A DNA stretch of 64,000 nucleotides from Planctomycetota bacterium (lineage in GTDB: Bacteria > Planctomycetota > SZUA-567 > H5-PLA8), in the NCBI GenBank assembly GCA_038227875.1, contig JBBRPR010000001.1, forward strand, positions 160,001 to 224,000. The letters run 5' to 3'. Positions 49,071-56,872 of the stretch are shown one piece after another. The position numbers were made by a program, and so were the translations under genes. The notes below the pieces were generated by a model. That model searched no databases. It had not been told where the DNA came from and was given only the letters and a program-made list of their open reading frames with translations. The number at the start of each line of letters is the position of its first letter. Position 1 is the first letter of the stretch.

Positions 49071-50050
49071 GTGCGTTCCAGGAATGCGAGATTGCAAATG
49101 ACGGCGCCGCTTGAAACCAGTGCGCAGCCAATCCAGATCCGGGCATCGAGCGTGACGCCAAGAACAAGGCTGGAGATCACTGTCGACAGCACGGGCGTGA
49201 GGTAGCTTGCCGATGCGATCATCAGCAGGTTGCCCTTCCGCACTGCGTGTTCCCAGAAAATGGTGCTAAGCAGGAGCGGAAATATGACGTTCGCCGCCAG
49301 CATCAAACCAATGGATGGCGACCAGTGAGACTCTTCATGCACCGTCAGCCTCAACGCCAACAGCACGATTCCCGTTGAGAGTATGAATAACGGCACCGCG
49401 CTTCCCTCGCCCGTATGCAAGAGCCTTGAAAAATTGGTGTAGAGTCCCCAGGAGATGGCGGCGACGAGCGCCGCCACGATCGGAAACGCGTTGCTGCTTA
49501 GAATCGCCATCAATTCGCTGATGCCGAAGGTCTGACCCGAAGTTGCGGCCAGCATGATGCCCAGAATCGCCAGAGCGATACCCGGCGCGAGAAACCATCT
49601 GGCTCGCTTTCCGAGAATGGGAATCGAAAAAACAAAGACCAGCGCCGGCCAGAGATAATTGACCAACCCCACCAGAATCGTGGTCCGACGATCGTGCGCG
49701 AATCCGATCGCCATATAAAGTCCGACGGTATACGACATGAAAAGTGAACCGCAGATCAGCAAGTACCGGCGCGGCAGCGCCAGCATGCGTTGCACTCCGT
49801 TGGGCCGGCTCGCGACGATCGCACAAGAGAAGATTCCGCCGATTAAATACACCAGGGCGGCCGTGGTAAATCGGCCGAGACTTTCTGAGAGCGACCGCGA
49901 GATGGATACGGTCGAACTCCAGAAAACCAGGCTGCAAAAGCCGAGGATCGTGCTGGTACGTGTGGAGTCAATGGCGAACCTACGGTGGAAACTTGGCGTG
50001 ATGCTGTCTCCGCGTTGGAAGGGCTCTGCTTGCAAAGGGCGTGCATTCAC
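49067..50050 (-). CDS. DMT/EamA family exporter (YddG-like aromatic amino acid exporter)
   Basis: About 10 TM; GLVNYLWPAL, WGLY, ASYLTPVLST; start uncertain. Confidence 0.85.
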   Translation of the reverse strand: MNARPLQAEPFQRGDSITPSFHRRFAIDSTRTSTILGFCSLVFWSSTVSISRSLSESLGRFTTAALVYLIGGIFSCAIVASRPNGVQRMLALPRRYLLICGSLFMSYTVGLYMAIGFAHDRRTTILVGLVNYLWPALVFVFSIPILGKRARWFLAPGIALAILGIMLAATSGQTFGISELMAILSSNAFPIVAALVAAISWGLYTNFSRLLHTGEGSAVPLFILSTGIVLLALRLTVHEESHWSPSIGLMLAANVIFPLLLSTIFWEHAVRKGNLLMIASASYLTPVLSTVISSLVLGVTLDARIWIGCALVSSGAVICNLAFLERT

Positions 50051-50062
50051 CCCGCAAAAGCC

Positions 50063-50791
50063 TTATCTCCGAACACCCCCGAATAGAGCCAACTCAAAAA
50101 CTTTAAAATAGCAGTCCACCTCCTGATATCCGGTCTCGCGCAACCATTGACATTGCACCTCAACCGGCGCGAGGATGTTGGCTGCTTTGTCGGGACGGTG
50201 ATAGTACTCGCGCCCCACTTCATCGCGTGTCCTTCCGCCTCCGTTTGCCTTATGAAAAGCATAAAGGGAATCGACGAACAGTTCGTCAAAGGCGCCTTCG
50301 ACCCAGGGAGTAGCAGAAGCGACGTGCTCCAGATTAAGAAAAATGCCGCCTGGAGAAAGCAGCCCAAAAATCTCAGCGTAAAGTTCGCGTTTGCGCGCGT
50401 CCGGCTGGTGATGAATTGAGAACCCTGAAACGATTGCGTCATACGGTCCAAACCGTTCGAACGCTTTCGTCCAACTCGGCGTGCCGTAGTCGCATTCCAC
50501 AAAGACATGCTTCTCAGCGCTGTCCGCGAATCTCGCCTTCGCGGCAGCAAGCATCGGCGGCGAAAAGTCGGAGAATACGCCTGACGCCTGCGGAAACCGG
50601 TGGAGCAGCGCGGCGCCAAGAATTCCGTCCCCGCAACCCAGGTCCAGAAAATTCCGCAGTTGAGGTTGCGCCTTCGCCGTGAGTCGCACCAGCAATTCGA
50701 GTTGCTCCGCAGCCAGCGGAATCGCCCCGCGTACTCCGGACAGGAATCGCCGTGTCAGTTTATCGGTTTTCCAAACGTCTGCTTTGGACAT
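50063..50791 (-). CDS. Class I SAM-dependent methyltransferase
   Basis: FLDLGCGDG, DFSPPML, VSGFSIHH, LSPGGIFLNLEH. Confidence 0.92.
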   Translation of the reverse strand: MSKADVWKTDKLTRRFLSGVRGAIPLAAEQLELLVRLTAKAQPQLRNFLDLGCGDGILGAALLHRFPQASGVFSDFSPPMLAAAKARFADSAEKHVFVECDYGTPSWTKAFERFGPYDAIVSGFSIHHQPDARKRELYAEIFGLLSPGGIFLNLEHVASATPWVEGAFDELFVDSLYAFHKANGGGRTRDEVGREYYHRPDKAANILAPVEVQCQWLRETGYQEVDCYFKVFELALFGGVRR

Positions 50792-50878
50792 CGCAATTCC
50801 TGGTATTGCTGAAGACATGTCGAAAGTTTATTCGGATTCTAAATGCGGGTTTGAAATAGGACAGCTTTCGCGAATGCG

Positions 50879-51904
50879 TTACGACGTTCGTTCCAGCACG
50901 TAATTCGGAATCTCGAGCAGCGCAGTCTTGGCCGACGATGCCGGGAGAAACGCGATTTCGTCGAGTGCGCGCTGGATTTCGTTGCGCGCGATCTGCAACG
51001 CGTAATCGACGGAATTGCTCCGCTCGAGGTACGGCTTCAGCGCTTCGCGGCTGAGCGTACCCGACTCGGGCTTGAACATGTTCAGCAGTTCCTGCTTGCG
51101 CGCGCCGGTGGTATTCGCCAGCAGGTGAATCAGGGGCAGCGTTGGCTCACCGTTTTTCAGGTCGCTGCCGAGCGACTTGCCGACAGTCTTCTCGACGCCG
51201 ACCAGGTCCAGGCAGTCGTCGACGATCTGAAACGCCATGCCCACGCGGCGGCCGTAGGCGTAGAGATGCTTGCTCTCATTGTCCTTCGCGCCGGCCAGCA
51301 GAGCGCCCAGTTCAGCGGCGGCCCCGAAGAGCACGGCCGTTTTTTTCTCGATCAGATCGAAGTACGCGTCTTCATCGATCTCTGGCTTGAAGCGGCTGTC
51401 GATCTGAAGCAGTTCGCCTTCGCAGATCAGGCGGCTGGTGCGGGAAAGAATACGGAACGGGCGCGGATCATCGAAGCGGCCGAGAATTTCAAACGCGCGC
51501 GAAAAGAGAATATCGCCGGTCATCACGGCGGATTTGTTGCCCCAGCGCGCGTTGACGGTGGCGACATTGCGGCGCGTTTCGGCATCGTCGAGGATGTCGT
51601 CGTGGCAGAGCGTCGCGAGGTGGATCATCTCCACCAGTGCCGCGACGTCGTAAGAAAGGGGAGCTTCGCCGCCGAACGCGCGGGCGCTCAAGTGCAGCAC
51701 GGCTGGACGCAGGCGCTTGCCTTTGAATCGTTCGATGTGGCGGACGAGCGTTTGAATGTAGGCGTACTGGCTGGTCAGAAATTTAGACAACGATTCTTCC
51801 GACTGTTCCAGATCAGCCAGAATGGGCGCGACAATCTGCAGTAGAATTGCGCCGCGTTCTTCTGAACTGCGCGGAAGGTTGTCCAGACCGGATTTCGTGC
51901 TCAC
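50879..51904 (-). CDS. Polyprenyl diphosphate synthase
   Basis: GKRLRP, HDDILD (FARM), KTAVLF, FQIVDDCLD (SARM), GSDL..G. Confidence 0.95.
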   Translation of the reverse strand: MSTKSGLDNLPRSSEERGAILLQIVAPILADLEQSEESLSKFLTSQYAYIQTLVRHIERFKGKRLRPAVLHLSARAFGGEAPLSYDVAALVEMIHLATLCHDDILDDAETRRNVATVNARWGNKSAVMTGDILFSRAFEILGRFDDPRPFRILSRTSRLICEGELLQIDSRFKPEIDEDAYFDLIEKKTAVLFGAAAELGALLAGAKDNESKHLYAYGRRVGMAFQIVDDCLDLVGVEKTVGKSLGSDLKNGEPTLPLIHLLANTTGARKQELLNMFKPESGTLSREALKPYLERSNSVDYALQIARNEIQRALDEIAFLPASSAKTALLEIPNYVLERTS

Positions 51905-52037
51905 TGCTGTGGTGCTCCTCAAAACCGTCCGGGCATCATACCACGTTCTGACAGAAATGAAGGCCATTCATCATCTTTTCAGATGGCGAAGGTCAAACTC
52001 AGGATATAGTGTAGATGTAATATCGAGAGGTGCCTCC

Positions 52038-53744
52038 GTGTCCGATCCAGCCCAGACTCAATCCCAACGCCGTAACTCCATGACGCTGCTGCTCGATGAC
52101 ATCATGCAGCCCAAGGCGCAACATGTGATTGAAGGCGCGGCCGATCTGACGCGCGAGAAGGGCTCGAATCTGATTTGTGCGGTGGCGTCATCGGTTCATG
52201 ATCGCTGTCCGCTGCGCGATCTGATCAATCCCGCCAATTCCGACGGCGTTTTGATCATCTCCAGTATCCTGAGCAACTTTGAACGCAGCCAGGAGCGCAT
52301 CCTTCAATTCTTCGACCGCTACCGGCCGATGCCGCTGGTCAATCTCGGCGATCCGTTCGAAAAAGTGCACAGCGTCACGGTCAACAACCGCGCCGGCATG
52401 CGCGACGTCATCTCCCACCTGATCAAGGTCCACCACTTTCACAAGATCGCCTTCATCCGTGGTCCGGAGACGAACCTGGAAGCGGAGATGCGCTTCAAGG
52501 TCTATCAGGAAATGCTGGAGCAGCACGGCATCGCCTTCGATCCGGAACTCGTCGCGGATGGCAACTGGGGGCACTCCTCGGGCGCCACGGCGATTTACAC
52601 GCTCAAAGATCTTCGCCGCAGGAAATTTGAAGCCGTCGTCGCCGCCAATGATGCCATGGCCGGTGGCGCGTTCGAAGCGCTTCACGCCCGCGGCATCCGC
52701 GTGCCGATGGACGTGGCGATTGTTGGCTTCGATAATTTCGACGGCACCGGTTACGCCCTGACCACCATCGATCAGCCTGTTTACGAAATGGGCCGCCGTG
52801 GCGCTGCAATGCTGCTGGACCTGATTCACAACGCCGGCGACGTGCCCATGCAGGTCACGCTGCCGACGGAACTGATTGTGCGCCGTTCCTGCGGCTGTTT
52901 TGAGAATGAAGTAACGCATGCGGCGGCGCCGGCGATGCCCGCCTCGAAATTGCCGCTGCTGGCCGTGCGCCGCGAAGCAATTTCGCAGGCAATGTTGCGC
53001 GCGTCCGGCGGAAAACTCACCGATGTCGCGCCGGAGTGGCCGGAGAAGCTCTTTGCCGCCTTCCAGCGCGAAGTCAGCGACGGCAAGCGCGGCGAACTGC
53101 TCTCGGAATTCGACGCCATCCTGCTCCAGGAATGGATGGAGCGCCGCCACTCCGACACCTGGCAGAACGTGGTCTCGGAGCTGCGCCGCGAAGCGCTGCC
53201 AGGCCTGGCGAAAAATGCCGTTCACAACGCGGAGAACGTCTGGCACCAGGCGCGCGTGCTGATCGATGAAGCGGCGCAGCGCGTCCGGGCACATCAGGAA
53301 TCGCAGCATTCGCTGCGCACGACTCAATTGATGGATGTCAGCGCCGTCTTCGCCTCGCCGGACATTGCGACGCTGGCGGCCACCTTCGCCGAGAAGCTGC
53401 CGCGCCTGGGAATCGAACGCTGCTATGCGGTGGTCTTCGAAGGTCCGACCACCGGCGCCGTGCCGGAATGGTCGCGGCTGGTCCTGGCGCTGGATGAGGA
53501 AGAGACCACGCCGTTGGACGGAGAAGGCTTGCGCTTCCCGGCCAAACAACTGCTCCCGCCGCACCTGCTCCCGGAATACCGAGCGGTCACTCTGCTGGCG
53601 CTTCCACTCTTGAAAAACGGCAAGCATCTCGGCGCGATTTTCTTCGAGAAGAGCAATGTTGAATACTACGTCTACGAAATGCTCGCGCGGCAGTTCTGCG
53701 AACCGCTGAGCCGTTTTGTCAAATCGTCTGAATCGGGAACCTGA
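52038..53744 (+). CDS. LacI/periplasmic-binding-fold sensor protein with C-terminal GAF-like region, paralog 1
   Basis: NNRAGM, IAFIRGP, AANDAMA, VPMDVAIVGFD, LTTIDQP, RRSCGC; no N-terminal HTH; GAGAGG SD before GTG. Confidence 0.8.
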   Translation: MSDPAQTQSQRRNSMTLLLDDIMQPKAQHVIEGAADLTREKGSNLICAVASSVHDRCPLRDLINPANSDGVLIISSILSNFERSQERILQFFDRYRPMPLVNLGDPFEKVHSVTVNNRAGMRDVISHLIKVHHFHKIAFIRGPETNLEAEMRFKVYQEMLEQHGIAFDPELVADGNWGHSSGATAIYTLKDLRRRKFEAVVAANDAMAGGAFEALHARGIRVPMDVAIVGFDNFDGTGYALTTIDQPVYEMGRRGAAMLLDLIHNAGDVPMQVTLPTELIVRRSCGCFENEVTHAAAPAMPASKLPLLAVRREAISQAMLRASGGKLTDVAPEWPEKLFAAFQREVSDGKRGELLSEFDAILLQEWMERRHSDTWQNVVSELRREALPGLAKNAVHNAENVWHQARVLIDEAAQRVRAHQESQHSLRTTQLMDVSAVFASPDIATLAATFAEKLPRLGIERCYAVVFEGPTTGAVPEWSRLVLALDEEETTPLDGEGLRFPAKQLLPPHLLPEYRAVTLLALPLLKNGKHLGAIFFEKSNVEYYVYEMLARQFCEPLSRFVKSSESGT

Positions 53745-53748
53745 CGTA

Positions 53749-55521
53749 ATGAGCAGCTCCGTGCCCATCGTTCCGCCCCACCGTCCGCCCGATCCGCAGC
53801 CGGATTCCGGAGGCCGCTCTCGATCGCGGACTTCGTTTGCCCTGATGATCGAACATTATGGCGACTGGTACGGCCAGACCATTCAGCGCGGCGTCTCCGA
53901 CTTTACGCGTGAAAACGGCGCGCACCTGATCACCGTGGCGACGTCGCTGCGGGACGAAGTCTGCCCGCTGCGCGATCTGGTCGGTCAGCAGAACGTCGAC
54001 GGCGTGATTGTCGTCTCGTCGGTCATCAGCAACTATGAAAAGGATCCGCAGAGGCTGGCCGCGTTCTTCTCGCGGTACGAACCGCTGCCGTGCATCAGCA
54101 TCGGGGTGAACATCCCGAACGTTCACAGCCTGCTGATCGACAACCGCGCCGGCATGGCCGAAGCGCTGCGGCACCTGGTGAATGTCCACGGTTTCCGCAA
54201 AATCGCGTTTGTGCGCGGGCCGGAAGCCAATGCGGAAGCGGAGCAGCGTTTCCAGGTCTACAAAGATGTGCTGACCGAAAACGGCATCGCCTACAATCCC
54301 GATCTCGTCGCCAGCGGCGACTGGAGCCCGCTCTCCGGCGCAATGGCCGTACACACGCTGAAAGATGTGCGAAAGTGCGAAATGCAAGCCATCGTCGCCG
54401 CCGATGACGCGATGGCAGCTGGCGTGATTGAGGCGCTGCATGCACGCGGACTGCGTGTGCCGTCGGACATCGCAGTGGTTGGCTTTGATAACGACCTGGG
54501 CCTGGGTTTCTCGCTCACCACTGTTCATCAACCCGTCTACATGCTGGGCCGCAAAGCCGCCCACATGCTGCTCGATATTGTCCGCGGCGTCGATGTTCCA
54601 CAAACGGTCACGCTGCCGACGGAAATGGTCATACGCCGGTCGTGCGGATGCTTTGTCGCCGACGTCACCAACTCCGTGGCGCAACCGGCCGTGGGTTCGA
54701 CGCAGGCGCCGGGTGTGCTGCTGGCGCAGCGTCGCGAGACCACGCTGGGCGCGCTGATGAATTCAGCGCGTGGACTGACTAGCGGCGTGAATTCCGAATG
54801 GACGGAGCGTCTCTTCAACGCATTTGTGCGCGACGTTACCGGCGAAGCGCGCGGCGAATTCCTGCCGACGCTCGACGCGATCCTCGTCCAGGAATGGATG
54901 GAACACCGCGCCATGACCGGCTGGCAGAACGTGATCTCCGTGCTGCGCCGCGAACTGCTGCCGTGCATGACACTGCAGGAGACGGTCGCCGACGCCGAGA
55001 ACCTCTGGCACCAGGCGCGTGTTCTGGTTGGCGAGGCGGCCGCCCGCATGCACGCCCATCAGCAGGAGCAACGCGCGATCCAGGCGATGCGGCTGATGAA
55101 CGTGAACTCAACATTTTTCTCCAAGGATCTAAAAAGTCTTGCCGACGCGTTCGCGCAGAAACTGCCGTCGCTGGGCATTGACCGCTGCTACGCCGTGACC
55201 TTCGAGGATCCTTCGACAGGCTCAGGGTCGGCGCCTGCGAAGCCCGAATGGTCGCGACTGGTGCTCGCGTACGACGAGGAAGAGCACATTGAACTGTCGT
55301 CTGAAGGCCTGCGCTTCCCCGCCAAACAGCTGATCCCGGACGACTTCCTGCCCGACTACCGTCCGGTCAGTCTGATGGCGCTGCATTTAAACAAAGGCGA
55401 GAAGGTGCTGGGGATCATCTTCTTCGAGATGGGCCCGCAGGACGCGCATCTCTACGAGACGCTGCGCCGTCAATTCAGCGAGCCACTCTTCCGGTTGACG
55501 CAAACGCCCCTGACGTCCTGA
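53749..55521 (+). CDS. LacI/periplasmic-binding-fold sensor protein with C-terminal GAF-like region, paralog 2
   Basis: Colinear with the upstream paralog throughout (DNRAGM, RRSCGC, AEN.WHQARVL, PEWSRLVLA, GLRFPAKQL). Confidence 0.82.
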   Translation: MSSSVPIVPPHRPPDPQPDSGGRSRSRTSFALMIEHYGDWYGQTIQRGVSDFTRENGAHLITVATSLRDEVCPLRDLVGQQNVDGVIVVSSVISNYEKDPQRLAAFFSRYEPLPCISIGVNIPNVHSLLIDNRAGMAEALRHLVNVHGFRKIAFVRGPEANAEAEQRFQVYKDVLTENGIAYNPDLVASGDWSPLSGAMAVHTLKDVRKCEMQAIVAADDAMAAGVIEALHARGLRVPSDIAVVGFDNDLGLGFSLTTVHQPVYMLGRKAAHMLLDIVRGVDVPQTVTLPTEMVIRRSCGCFVADVTNSVAQPAVGSTQAPGVLLAQRRETTLGALMNSARGLTSGVNSEWTERLFNAFVRDVTGEARGEFLPTLDAILVQEWMEHRAMTGWQNVISVLRRELLPCMTLQETVADAENLWHQARVLVGEAAARMHAHQQEQRAIQAMRLMNVNSTFFSKDLKSLADAFAQKLPSLGIDRCYAVTFEDPSTGSGSAPAKPEWSRLVLAYDEEEHIELSSEGLRFPAKQLIPDDFLPDYRPVSLMALHLNKGEKVLGIIFFEMGPQDAHLYETLRRQFSEPLFRLTQTPLTS

Positions 55522-55528
55522 TCACGCG

Positions 55529-55698
55529 CGAAAGCGGGACGAAAGCGGGACGAAAGCGGGACGAAGCGGGATTCGGGAATCGGGATTCGGGAATCGGGAT
55601 TCGGCATTCGTTTCGGCGTTCGAATGCCGATTCCCGCCATTGCCATTGCTGCCATTGCTGCCGTTGCTATTGCCGTTGCCGTTCAAGCCGTTGCTTGC
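55529..55698. repeat. Consecutive 11-mer, 7-mer and 9/6-mer tandem repeats
   Basis: (CGAAAGCGGGA)x3 plus one shortened copy; (CGGGATT/CGGGAAT)n; CATTGCTGC/CGTTGC units. Confidence 0.9.
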
Positions 55699-55867
55699 CA
55701 CCACTTTTAAGTGGTGGTCATGCTCCTGCGATATTCCTTCCAGCCGGCTTTCCGGCCGTTGCTTCAGGACCCCATCCAGTCTGGCAGCACCCCCCCTCAA
55801 CCCTGGATAGCACGAACACAATTAATTGTGCCACTGCGTAGCACGAAGCAACGCAAAGGTAGCAACT

Positions 55868-55987
55868 GCTCATTCGTGCTCATTTACGCTCATTCACGCT
55901 CATTCCTGCTCAAACACGCTCATTTCAGCTCATTTGCTCTCATTCGCTCTCATTCGCTCTCATTCCTGCTCAAATTAGCTCATTCAC
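55868..55987. repeat. Array of twelve 10-bp tandem repeats (KCTCAWWNNN-type)
   Basis: gctcattcgt gctcatttac gctcattcac gctcattcct gctcaaacac gctcatttca gctcatttgc tctcattcgc tctcattcgc tctcattcct gctcaaatta gctcattcac. Confidence 0.95.
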
Positions 55988-56315
55988 CCGATTTCCCTTG
56001 ATTTTCGGGATCAATCACCGCTTATATATAGAGACACTTTCTATTCATGACGATCACCCAGCCCTCGGAGTCCCCGGTCCACAGAATCGGAAAATGCGCA
56101 ATGTGAACCGATAAATGAAATTCTCATAAACCTTTATAAATCGAAAAATACTTAACTTTTATACGCGAAGTTTCAAGATATTACCGGACTTTTACATTTC
56201 TCAACCGCATAGATATATACATGAAATCCACAAACCGCACCACCGCCACTTATTCGATCCAACGCATAAGACCTGTATCCAAATCCTGACTACCCCACCA
56301 CCCGGAGGCCACCCC

Positions 56316-56459
56316 ATGAATCCGTTCGTCACCATCCACGCCCGCTGTCGTCACCCAAAAGTCCGAAAGTCAAAAATCCGCGCCGAGTTTGAAATTTGGA
56401 CCGTCCGGTACATCTTGCAAAGGAACCGCCGGAGTGTGCCACTGGTGGCTGCCGTATAG
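56316..56459 (+). CDS. Possible small basic ORF (47 aa) or gene remnant
   Basis: GGAGG SD; MNPFVTIHARCRHPKVRKSKIRAEFEIWTVRYILQRNRRSVPLVAAV; the stop lies inside the REP-like hairpin. Confidence 0.3.
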   Translation: MNPFVTIHARCRHPKVRKSKIRAEFEIWTVRYILQRNRRSVPLVAAV

Positions 56460-56609
56460 CCACCAGTGCCGCCCTCGCAACCAAACCCCGCCCGTCCCAT
56501 GCGCCTACGATCGCGCGAACAGCGGCTTGGAAGGCCGCCCGTCCGTAGCCATGAGCGGCAGCCCTTGGTCACGACCAACGCGGAACGCCCGCGCTCCCTG
56601 CACGCGCCC
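56434..56609 (-). repeat. Composite REP-like element, copy 2
   Basis: Reverse complement matches both modules at 18198-18393 in the same order. Confidence 0.85.
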
Positions 56610-56623
56610 ACATCCGCTCCTCG

Positions 56624-56675
56624 TAAATGAAAAATGACAGATGACCAATGACCAATGACCAATGACCAATGACTC
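56624..56675 (-). repeat. Heptamer tandem repeat (ATGACCA)n
   Basis: TAAATGAAAAATGACAGATGACCAATGACCAATGACCAATGACCAATGACTC, closely resembling 11927-11971. Confidence 0.9.
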
Positions 56676-56872
56676 AGTTAAACGTTCTTTGACAACCCCA
56701 TACGCCCACAGCGGACCTCGAGCGTAACGCCACGCCCGGCCAGACGTGCTCGGTCTCAACACGACCAGGCACTCTGGCCGGAGGGTCCGCACCATACACC
56801 CCGAACGGTGTAACATTCTGTCGCATTTTGTCGCATTCGCTGGGCGAAGGTCACTGGCCGGGACTGCTGCGT

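Noticed and set aside
55868..55987. CRISPR or guide-RNA-type array
   Set aside because: The period is only 10 bp with no spacer-sized unique segments, and there is no cas-like or other effector gene nearby.
56020..56290. oriC or dif site in the AT-rich tract
   Set aside because: No perfect TTATCCACA box was seen (only AAATCCACA-like). The dif-like ACCGCATAGATATATACATG lacks a convincing XerD arm, and no dnaA or xer gene is adjacent.
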